Assembly: GCA_001873845.1 (NCBI GenBank)
Contig: MNZY01000237.1
Location: forward strand, 1 to 42,453
Reading direction: 5' to 3'
Length of the DNA: 42,453 nt
Source: Candidatus Altarchaeum sp. CG2_30_32_3053
GTDB lineage: Archaea; Altiarchaeota; Altiarchaeia; Altiarchaeales; Altiarchaeaceae
In this document: positions 18,101 to 23,000 of the stretch, piece after piece
Position numbering within the stretch: the first letter of the stretch is position 1
Layout of the letters: each line of letters opens with the position of its first letter
Made by a program: the position numbers and the translations under genes
Notes under the pieces: model-generated
What the model saw: only the letters and a program-made list of their open reading frames with translations
What the model was told of the DNA's origin: nothing
The model's database searches: none

Positions 18101-19915
18101 GGAGACGTTGTTAAATTTATAATTAAGGTTAAAAATATAGGTAATGAAGAAGTTAATGTAACATTATATGATACCTTACCTGTAGGATTTTCTTATGTAA
18201 ATAACACTGTGAAATATGTTGATGGAGCAAGCATTGCAAATGATAATATAAATTTTTCAGATAATTTAATAAACATTTCCCTTGGAAACATAGTGCAAGG
18301 AGAAGAAAAGTTCATTGAGTTTAATGCTTTAATTAATGATTCTGCTGTTGAAGGAGCAAATAAAAACAAAATTCTTGCAATAGCAAAATCAGAAAATAAA
18401 GAAATTAATTCTACATCTTATACATATTTAACAATCTACAAGCCAGAAATAGCAGTAATTAAATCAGCATCAAAATATTTTGTTGGTATGGGTGATGAAG
18501 TTGAATTTACCGTAAATATTTTAAATCCGAGTTATGCAAATTTGTACAACCTAATAATTAATGACACACTTCCAATGGGGTTCAATTATATAAATGGTTC
18601 ATCAAAATTAAATGGAATAAATATTTCAGACCCATCAAAAACCCATGAGTTTGCAAACGAACTGCAAAGACAAAATTTGGTCTGGAATGGTTCTGCTTTT
18701 GAGGTATTGCCCTCAAAGACAATAAAAATTTTAACTTACAGGGCAAGTGTTGTACATTGTAATATAAGTAGTGAAATGTATAACGAAGTGAATGTTTCAG
18801 GAACATACAGGGATGGAGAGCAGAATACTACAAAAACAGCAAATACAAAAACAAAAATAGTCGGATTATTGGCAGATGCAACACTCGTGAAATATTCTGA
18901 TAAAGATATTGCATCGTGGTTTGATATAATTACTTATACAATTGTTATAAAGACAAATGTAACAGGAGGCAGCAATGTACTTCCCTTAAATTTAACAGAC
19001 GCCCTTCCTCCATATTTAAAATACATTAATAATTCAGCAACAGTTGATGGAGAAAATATGAATCCAACAGTAACCGGAAACATAACACACGGGCAAAATT
19101 TAACATGGTACTTAAATGACACATTATTATCACCAGGAGCAAAAATGATTGTAACATACAGAGTTATGACATATCCCGGTGTGAATAGAACATTCAGCAA
19201 CAGGGCCACATTAAACTATGCGGACCCAAGCAGTGGATATAGTTTAACATTTACAGATAATTCAGAATTGGGAACAATGCCAAAACTACCTAATACTAAT
19301 GAAATTTATAATAAAACATTAGAACCATACACAAAAAACAACAATGTTTATGGGGTGAATAAAGGAATAGCAACATCTGATGAATGTATAAACGCAAATG
19401 TCATTCATTTAAAACAGGGATGGAATCTGATTTCATTGCCAACACAGCCAATAAACAATTCTCTTGATTATGTATTAATGCCAATAAACGGTAAATATAC
19501 AGATGTTTTTACATACAAAGATAGATGGGTTTACAAGAGCAGTTATATGAATAAATGGTTTGGCGATTTAAGTACAATGGATGTGGGAACAGGATACTGG
19601 ATTAAAGTTGAAGAAGATTGTGATTTGCCAATTATAGGATATTACATTGATGATTGGAATATCAAATTAAGCAAGGGATGGAATTTAATAGGACATATAG
19701 GGTGTGGAAATGCAAATATAAATAATTTGTCATTTACAGATGCAAATAACAATAATTACACAAATGCTTATACAGATATATTCACTTATGAAGATAAGTG
19801 GATATATAAGAGCGAATATATGAACAAATGGTTTGGCGACTTAAATTCATTAGTTCCAGGAAAGGGATATTGGATAAAAGTTGAAAATGATTATAATATA
19901 AGCATCACCAAATAA
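3158..19915 (+). CDS. Giant (5585 aa) secreted surface protein: signal peptide, non-repeat head, PPC-like domain, long DUF11-type repeat array with inserted beta-sandwich modules, C-terminal twin GWNL/GKGYW module
   Basis: A 16.8-kb uninterrupted ORF in stop-rich AT-rich DNA. The signal peptide is KIVYIIIFSIILLFGGNDVFA|VD. Many units resemble AEPGDYVNFTINITNTGNSTIYELTVDDTLPTGFEYISYS and VKPGEEVTYTVQIKNIGTGTAYNLNISDIFPPNW. N-x-S/T sequons occur throughout. Confidence 0.95.
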   Translation: MSKTKYIKQRKIVYIIIFSIILLFGGNDVFAVDYPNDAQLYLTNQTSVSAISSSFKENLNRVYDQYHEYADKFSAVDFTKNGQSYSNGTFISNITVPLNMANNFSVDQAYAPQKRNVCIFMSNVKDDSPQHNEVTYGRLPLQGFVSNFLGLDYTLVTETDIANGNLNNCDMFLIPAIQHGPSDNVTQWMDQIKENFTSTGLNNLKNFVLNGGSIFAESDGMYILQMANITANNTINLTDDNRLYGSSNKGYIQFQNFTNPASFGYNASNVSSYTIGDPLINLSVPGSNLTSIANFSGNLMYPNGSVNSYAGTAMAYKDYGNGRVYLSVPHLASNYETQRALAFIITYGISERMEFERSIELTDLPNYYDANNVLVIPALEENINLTVSALFGNTWNKTLNNVRMRININQEFQLDPNTDFCTQLNSSIYPNPTCAVVAPLSGTNYIEVNFSTLNPGLFNATYKISTRTGSTGLTNIGNVTINFTDVNGQNREVFQDRTYVNAMTRADLRVDKDSGLPTPLAAGSNYSAYIDIAIQNKGETPAINAIISDIIPNQINVTVRDEQGNWKNVTVNISVTCPSGWTSTNVMVYNYSNTRTGEIYPVINATNCSTIMNVSPHDNIDPIGRVDIVVHTPPRWWSETSDCTNNPPCNDNNCTWVNMSNVTAGDFFPFNLGGELHNDATVGPSNTSKVDYKDVWDRNYTSPLRELVDRLSVHGLPKIGNNMTVTKSIYMILQNGNVSDVMPANGTANVTIEIAIYPNNCVRYDYTNRSCNCSDAGNKTAYCYSESSFENATLIYLEDTIPKGVSYRLNITGVSLSPHQTQNTPFYTIYSWQNLSVPCGNVTKIYINATLEPLGTDGELTVNKGGSYMYYDVMLEREVVKLLPIDSVASEISQFSITKGTHPSLLPPGGQGKHVYHSLEIYDSPEMHQFPDPYYHSYGFRNGTVRTYTGGTLPYSTTTYHSIVNATNNFTIIHLTFSNTGNETWNISSLNISNITMRHFLNSPDFSSNFNITPNFDLPIIIGPGKNIMIYFNVTYNGSVPAQQIYEVNFNFSALNVPENFSISPAKIGVGNSTIYDYYDYGRNIIISDKLRSGVEYASTKYIYGACPAAVNETNYNSARNFNYSEKTGNAHAGTNITWNLSALEPSYNNSVTLPYVVNDSGTFITQPRFCILIDSLWLGGTTGTYPINLGANVTYTDDTWNEEKNASSNVPHTDLHGPLINVTKRITDIYVFIPPDNYCQYIYPYDPNRPNFTEPHPRISYNMTSMVCMMIHVRNDGDAVASNVTITDVLPPNSTYIYNSLNYQGCTLPSPRDSFRIAPSSINNDTPSENYTALNYSISDIAPGGTAKILVCVNVTPNETNGIAPGDNITINEPVNASFMSDLFPGDKFNTSNYEQLNASSNETILSINKTASHSSINATIPTLINLTINVTNIGYVMAEHVYIIDDIPLYNSTYQYSATINCVKVYLQNSSGIYESNNTCDDYGAGVSGIRGHIPHTGNIDVNYTYYGSYTTGNQGQDGYKYTLKYGVLSNLSVGASFIINVTLNVTINLSAENFQLNYNPLTRADNATLKEGPTVSVNVTVWGPRLNISKEVKKICPPPIDNTCVAACSDSGSGDGTSWENAKCLITNDNTTENNISETSNTSDQYYKYVLDGWSYVNITYATTALTGTLNLYTDWNGTYPNSTNFDCHKQIASGVLTSVSCISTRPLPPGTYYVLRNLTPNASGVKTVTGTISFKATCYSDQCWNKGYMIADQANPNNTIDLQFNVSNNLPWQEATLTAYNVTIYDELQNFVKVWDFNRWNNTPNNTNIQYICTNGTNGTLNIIENNNNLDEGILNFTVDSQGLMENCSLLFNVSVTYAPPCASNASPNYSGQNYSNPYWNNASIYDQTNHNYILNLNPRVKAHFFDWTEGNNLTEEVRWKKPYFNVTKTANTSQAEPGDYVNFTINITNTGNSTIYELTVDDTLPTGFEYISYSTISNTSRDISNIVTLNSTSPKIIWKIWNLSVNERITINLTVYVRSGAGSATGEVNTNRVNVSNRNESYEDNIYVQKNATTDVITVFTPNIKVSKVSDGPTEPGDYVTFKITTNNLNLTTDHATLYNISIKDVLPQCFDYNNTINITYYRKKEGTTCTYKRLPGPPGGEAKALNIVSNTTSGNYMNVTWNLTNISNLSQCDTTQFNDSQLHPNETIEIYFNVYVKTCSNKSPTGTNVTNVAILQGYDGNNVNYAYNGSANITVYEPNLVLTKTTNATKAEPDETVRFCLNISNPSQANALNLVIQDSLPKYWNYNDTTTIYYYRGESTILGISLGPANYSHTWNELNTTITGNAGNGQNITWNLSLYTDQTTTACYLNTSGIYQGTSSDGDCNSVDSCNSSSCTPRVFNDTQLAPNESLILCFNARVETHENKTQIVNNIGRTNYTDGDNGQYDGQGNRYMAIGNKSLVVNQPYLVLYKLANQSITEPGGNNSNATLFTLNVTNPSNATAYNISVTDLMPVGWNYNNTVNITYRRNITVCTISDGVEVACNSSEVIYNRTWNETDINISQRTDNGYNVTWNLSKLGTSDHHGVNVGMIPVNVTCNDANTGPNSCNCSFLNLSGNQRCRSGTGEYLEIRVIATTWADADGGINGTGAENQNNVTAQGQDGNGTPINANWILNESVNVTNVEPYLILSKSANTSIVGIGEYIEFYLNTTNIGNGTAIKVNVSDVLPYGFIYNDTDYIRIGNSELDVSLFEKCKSITFCHNVINPENYPGCYLNCCNESYNPNKENTYYYNNSCNITIQTTSNKQNVTWYLNATLYPKESILINFSAYVTSNASTGTNTNFAYANGTFLSGEPLPEAENKANITLNITVCKPNLIINKQISDVDSKTKKINITVKNIGCGDAYAVEISDELPIGWIYYYTLRVIKENATGSKYDIPYSIILGNPVIWKPYDSIDPLNLNPDLYANESISVIFYVKITEDAREGNNTDFANVSYKDADGGGYSTNTSNRSDVKTPMEISKTANVSTVKNGDYVNFLIHVKNPIQRYDPYTGQEINFPEGCIYNLTITDKLPETWTFNNTEIINATLTYPVNTTLTFNPITHPDYTESYTPTTNEIQWILHKNHTNSIYNNSFCPGSELWINFTVKVGDNVPVNRIATNYVNITGTDTHGNSWTPAKNSTQLNVVENAFLNITKEIIDKSQSYNIGEIIKFKINVSNPMANVQYNVTVTDYLPCGLNITNDSYKVEHNTSQYNCSISGDACGNNCGMKLTCKFDNISPYNYTLIYVNTTILTCTTQGQHDNYVKADGFRPGEIFENQIFEKHDQVQFTINPLQGSIKLDAQKSIGNYISGAFEPGDRIIFVLKASNFGDSAISNVTFTDELPIGLIYDHYASNPLNIVENVTLTNNAEGGQIVTFELNKTLGSGESLIVYMYTNVTSNMSKGTNVNKLIVEGKQPNGMPIRDEDNKAFTVGKPKLSMIKKALNKTVKPGEEVTYTVQIKNIGTGTAYNLNISDIFPPNWNKTKEEINITPEPKSKILYFDFDTGNSPFFGNSNSPTAPGYISITKETLLYNIETGYGWLTNHTYPEDNYSSSFNYSKIMDTGGDLNPDRDRDYHHQDINNTFIIDLPTKINTFTVRTVFCNPNSSYQHIDVNITTNCGNYSVLSDKNVTPGECFMNTTEVNASGQLNVTLFSDASNWMINAIMVDSGKLIGFFPGQTANITYTLKVPENESCGHLFANDIKVNFDDGMGFNQYLEATDDVLTVCDVNLNVNKFINTFATTFAPGDTIPFVINVSNDGFNNLYNVTINDDIPTGTEIKNITYYNGTNWISTTTFPIIIPELTGNNFTLISLYLNVTNTSYGEKKNHVYVRAQKAGGEYVWAEDDAFFVIGKPEVTIEKENLVPYAHPGETIKYQVKVKNKGNTLARDVIFLDFLPDDFEVVNLTSDCIEIMKFDFGPENQKVKDGWKNVTPSMVYTAARGYGFEAGDAQKGRNTSPSIDDEMMNDSVHRYGGGTMYFFVDVQNGLYNVTFYYDNSTYDGSSLWDTRLNDVLMAGHGSSTNWTYENLKVTNSRINFTTDGNSGVRIRGLEIKLLFTPTKNLNYSLGNMEPGKECTFVYDVTIPEGTKDGVYYNNASASWRDGLNNSFKVYAKDDVDVHNLANLDISKTIVNVDHKFETRDVIIFKIEVRNTGINTIHNLTFEDRLPLGVEFLHLSPAYNTNVTVIDGGVRGQTLVFNLHNATNENNNISGNSTRTFYMYAMVHSNASGGKNFNYIKVKGYDINGKEEKDSDLVEFDIGKSHVRISKKALNKTAKPGDIIEYEIELENIGDVIAYSSKIYNITLEEELPENWTIVNATLKYIPTLATLACYDFSANESEITGKSWSPIEPGCYPVYREWYNESRGYGYYWADGYTSIAEKDYNYEDDSLRDYHYSSSDATLKFDLPIFLNETINVTLYFYSVGTNYTFNGVNASEDNITWKNVVGSTTVNAGNLHTETFEFNTSTKQLYLKFMRSGIGVNDWFINKIVIQYIGFANASTNKTITIPVLVPKQKSIFNMSVKVPEYECDGSFPNYAKMSYMDKEKTLGEDYAKDDVLIQSQAFLNVSKEILNKKQDYSIGDVIQFKINVSNPYSNYIYNVSLIDDLACGLNITDESFNVSGNTTPYTCSVQGNVCGNGCGMSFTCALGTLKGENNIIVYLNATVKECMIPGQHDNYVKVEGRRCNMTYEKHDHIEFSIANYGDLNVIKENNASGVLQPGENVTYTVKLGNSGGRNLTVNITDNAPFGFVCNATQYINVIIPANSEIEVKFNCHVTSNASEGANVNEVYVNATSADGKTFKGQATSTVTLGKPKIRIIKESILDKVVPGSNITYRITITNEGRANAANITITDILPDGWSFKDITTNGCNVANESQNGNIIKFVNGSINAASDNYQVATCYFEFNVSVPENETNGIHYNKFNASYKDGANTTYNISTQKDNGINVQNLMLYTEKFVNVSNAQPGDVVKFIIKVKNIGNEEVNVTLYDTLPVGFSYVNNTVKYVDGASIANDNINFSDNLINISLGNIVQGEEKFIEFNALINDSAVEGANKNKILAIAKSENKEINSTSYTYLTIYKPEIAVIKSASKYFVGMGDEVEFTVNILNPSYANLYNLIINDTLPMGFNYINGSSKLNGINISDPSKTHEFANELQRQNLVWNGSAFEVLPSKTIKILTYRASVVHCNISSEMYNEVNVSGTYRDGEQNTTKTANTKTKIVGLLADATLVKYSDKDIASWFDIITYTIVIKTNVTGGSNVLPLNLTDALPPYLKYINNSATVDGENMNPTVTGNITHGQNLTWYLNDTLLSPGAKMIVTYRVMTYPGVNRTFSNRATLNYADPSSGYSLTFTDNSELGTMPKLPNTNEIYNKTLEPYTKNNNVYGVNKGIATSDECINANVIHLKQGWNLISLPTQPINNSLDYVLMPINGKYTDVFTYKDRWVYKSSYMNKWFGDLSTMDVGTGYWIKVEEDCDLPIIGYYIDDWNIKLSKGWNLIGHIGCGNANINNLSFTDANNNNYTNAYTDIFTYEDKWIYKSEYMNKWFGDLNSLVPGKGYWIKVENDYNISITK
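3503..4200 (+). other. Non-repeat head domain, possibly a class-I glutamine-amidotransferase-like / GldG-like fold
   Basis: The pattern VCIFMSN...LDYTLVTETDI...CDMFLIPAIQHG...LKNFVLNGGSIFAESDG recalls the 'D.l.i...l..fv..GG.l' layout of non-catalytic GATase1-like domains. This is a motif-level impression only. Confidence 0.25.
8093..8385 (+). other. Pre-peptidase C-terminal (PPC)-like beta-sandwich inside the giant protein
   Basis: SDQYYKYVLDGWSYVNITYATTALTGTLNLYTDWNGTYPNSTNFDC...PLPPGTYYVLRN matches the D.yY.f.l..g..v.i.l......l.ly ... GtYyv.v signature. Confidence 0.4.
13712..14225 (+). other. Inserted FDF...GYGW beta-sandwich (carbohydrate-binding-module-like) domain, copy 1, splitting a DUF11 unit
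   Basis: ILYFDFDTGNS...PGYISITKETLLYNIETGYGWL...DRDYHHQD..TFIIDLP...NWMINAIMV. It is flanked by a DUF11 N-half (KPGEEVTYTVQIKNIGTGTAYNLNISDIFPPNW) and C-half (GQTANITYTLKVPENESCGHLFAND). Confidence 0.5.
14945..15385 (+). other. Inserted FDFG...GYGF beta-sandwich domain, copy 2
   Basis: IEIMKFDFGPENQKVKDGWKNVTPSMVYTAARGYGFEAGDAQKGRN...MYFFVDVQNGLYNVTFYYD...VRIRGLEIK. It is again nested between DUF11 halves. Confidence 0.5.
16198..16700 (+). other. Inserted YDF...GYGYYW beta-sandwich domain, copy 3
   Basis: LACYDFSANESEITGKSWSPIEPGCYPVYREWYNESRGYGYYWADG...LRDYHYSS..TLKFDLP...INVTLYFY...DWFINKIVI. Confidence 0.5.
19403..19912 (+). other. C-terminal twin module (2 x ~80 aa) shared by all three giant proteins
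   Basis: IHLKQGWNLISLP...GKYTDVFTYKDRWVYKSSYMNKWFGDLSTMDVGTGYWIKVEEDC... then KLSKGWNLIGH...YTDIFTYEDKWIYKSEYMNKWFGDLNSLVPGKGYWIKVEND. The second copy starts near 19661. Confidence 0.85.
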
Positions 19916-19945
19916 ATTTTTATTAAATTTTTATTAAATTTTTTA
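19916..19945 (+). terminator. Oligo-T terminator region after the 5585-aa gene
   Basis: Three T5-T6 runs (19917-19921, 19928-19932, 19939-19944) lie in the direct repeat aaatttttatt / aaatttttatt / aaatttttt, right after the stop. Archaeal RNAP terminates at oligo-T. Confidence 0.4.
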
Positions 19946-19947
19946 AA

Positions 19948-19966
19948 TTTATATATATTTATAAAA
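19948..19966 (+). promoter_or_regulatory. TATA-like element upstream of the 2118-aa gene
   Basis: tttatatatatttataaaa ends about 36 nt before the ATG at 20002. No Shine-Dalgarno-like purine tract is present before the start. The background is so AT-rich that specificity is low. Confidence 0.25.
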
Positions 19967-20001
19967 TAATATAAAACAAATATAATATAATACAAAGTAA
20001 A

Positions 20002-23000
20002 ATGAATCCCAAAGTCAACATAAGGAATGTAGCATTCACATTTATATTTATTTCATCATTAGCTTTAGTTTTATTTGTTTTGAATGCTGATGCAGAATGT
20101 GCCTCGCCGGCATGTTGTGGTGTGTGTGAAAATTATATAAATGATAGTGCAAACATCAGCGTAAACTTTCCCGTATTGATTGTTAATAAAAGCGTAAATC
20201 CGGCAACATTTGAGCAGGGAGAGTTGGTAGAATTTAAGATTGAGGTTCTAAATATAGGAAATGTTTCTGCTTATGAGCTAAGTATGAAAGATATTTTAAA
20301 TGAAGATTTGGACTATGTTCAAAGCAAATATGATAATTCAAGCTCAAATTATCTGATATACAAGTTTGTATTTAATGTTACTGGAAATGGTGAATATTCA
20401 TGTCAAAAATCAGATGGGGGGTGGTTCTCCGATAGTTCACAATGTGTTCCAAAGGAGAATATTGACTTTCATTATTTATCTGATACTAATGAATTGACTT
20501 GGGGAAAATATGGAAGCTCAGGGGGAAAGGAATTACCTCCAAAGGTTGCTTATGTTATTAAATTTTATGCACGTGCAAAGGAAAATGCAAGTGCTGGAAA
20601 TTTAACAAATAATGTAACTATAAAAGCAAACTATGATCAACATCAATATGTGTGTACGGCACCGGCTTCGTGTCAAGGTGGTTCGTGCAAAGGTGCAGAT
20701 GGAGGAAGTTGCCCAAACAATGGTCTTTGTTACTGCGATAACTGTGTTTCTCAACCTTCCGGAGATTGCAGCGATACATCTATAAAATTGAGCGATCATT
20801 CTGATATTAATTTGCCGCCGAGCATAACTCCAAATTTAAATTCTTCGGCAAATTTTACAATCCTTCCGAAAAGCGAAATTTATATAACAAAGGGAATCAA
20901 TTCAACCGCAAATAAATTTACAGTCGGGGAAATCATCCCTTTTGTTTTAAATATAAATTCAAATTTAAATGAAACAAACGCTACATTGACAGATGTAAAA
21001 GTTACAGACAATTTGCCTTATGGAATTGAATTTTTAAATGCAACATTATGCAACGAAACAAATAATGCATTAAACTCAACTACACAACCACAATTAAATC
21101 AAAACAGCAGCGACGATCCGCAGGCAAGCACAATTCTTACATTCAATATTGGAAATTTAACAAAAGATGTATCAAATATTAAAATATGTATATATACAAA
21201 GGTTGCAAGCGATGCCTCAAACGCTTATGGTGCCCTGAAAAATGATGCCCGGGTTTATGCGAGCAATAATCAGACTTATGAAACAAAAAATCTGTCTGAT
21301 GCAGCAGAAAAATATTTTTACATACTAAAACCAGCGAGTTTGAAAATTTCAAAGAAAACACTAACAACAAATGTTGTTCCTAACTCAATAGCAACTTATG
21401 AAATAACTGTGTGGAATGAAGGCGACTCAGAAGCAGTAAATATAACGATTTTCGATCCTCTGCCATGTAATTTTACTTACATTAACAATTCGTGCAATGT
21501 TACTGAAAATAACACAGATACAAATTTAACATGTCCTGATGAAAACACAACAGAACCATCATTTAACATTTCAAAAATAGAAGGACATTCAAGGATCGTT
21601 TTTACATTTAATGTCTCTGTCCCTAATAATGTCAGCGGAATGTGTGGGAATACAATAGTTGCAGAGGCAAAAGATACATCTGGAAATAATCTTACTGTTA
21701 ATTATATTTCGCAGACATCTTATATTTATACAGAGCATGGCTTTGGCTATTTACAGGTCAATAAGGAAGTAATAAATAACAAACTGTTTGCGGTTGGAGA
21801 AATAGTACAATATAAAATCAAAGTAAGGAATTCTGGAAGTGTGCAATCAGTAAATAATGTTCAGTTAAAGGACTTTTTGCCAATGGGGATGAAATTTGCC
21901 AATATAAGCATTCAAAATTGCAATGTATCAAATATTACAGGAAATTATTCAACGAATGGAGAAATTTTAATATGTAATATAGGTAGTGTTGTTCCAAATG
22001 AAACAAAAATTTATTATCTGAACGCAACGGTAATGGATTATAAACCAGTAATGGTTAATAAGGTTGAGGTTAATGGAAGTACATCAAATGGAGAACAGTG
22101 GTTTAAAGATAATATTGCTGTGTATGTTGGGAAAGCAAAGTTAAAAATAGAAAAGAAAGCAAATAAGAATAATGTAAAGCCAGGTGAGAGTATATTTTAT
22201 ACTCTGAACATTTCAAATGAGGGTGATGCTCCAGCATATAATATTTCAATTAAAGATGTGCTGCCAAAAGGATGGAAGCCAACGGAGGGGGGGGAATGGT
22301 TATCTTACACATGCGAATTGACTTATACTTCTTCCCGTACAAGCTTTTCACAGACAACACTTTATTTTACTGGAAATGAATTGGCTCCGGGAGCAAGCTG
22401 TGAGATTAAGTATAGAGTCCAAGCTCCTTCCAATGCCTCGGGAGGGCTTTATCAAAATGACGCAGAAGTTAGTGGAAATGACTCTTTTGGGAATAAACTT
22501 GATGGCGATAAAACATATAAAAATGTATTTGTATACGAATTTAGAGATATGCGTTTAATAAAAGTTGCAGATAAAACAAACATCCGGGTAGGAGAAGATG
22601 TATTTTTTACAATTATTGTTACAAATACCGGAAATGTTCCATATAGCGTTTCTTTAACAGACGAACTTCCTTATGGATTTGAAAATAATACACCTATAAG
22701 TTATGATTTTGCTTTGGATAGGGGAGCATCAAAAACAATACATGTTGGTGCAACAGTCACGAACAATGCAATTCCGGGATTAAACGCAAATTGTGTAAAG
22801 GCAAGTGCTTATATGGGTAACAAACTGGTTTTAGAAAGAAAGGATTGTGCATTTGTTTATGTTTCCTCTCCATCAATTGATATTGAAAAGTGGACGATAA
22901 CTCCGACATTAAATCCCGGGGAAAATGCAACTTTCTTTGTGAGGGTGAAAAATAAAGGAACTGAGAATATAAGCAACCTAAATTTAACTGACAGCATTCC

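Noticed and set aside
19403-19912. The C-terminal twin module interpreted as a T9SS C-terminal sorting domain, a PGF-CTERM / archaeosortase tag, or a cohesin.
   Set aside because: It has no terminal TM plus basic tail and no PGF/PEF motif. It lacks the T9SS CTD pattern, and each unit is ~80 aa and internally duplicated, unlike a ~150-aa cohesin jelly-roll. It is left as unassigned.
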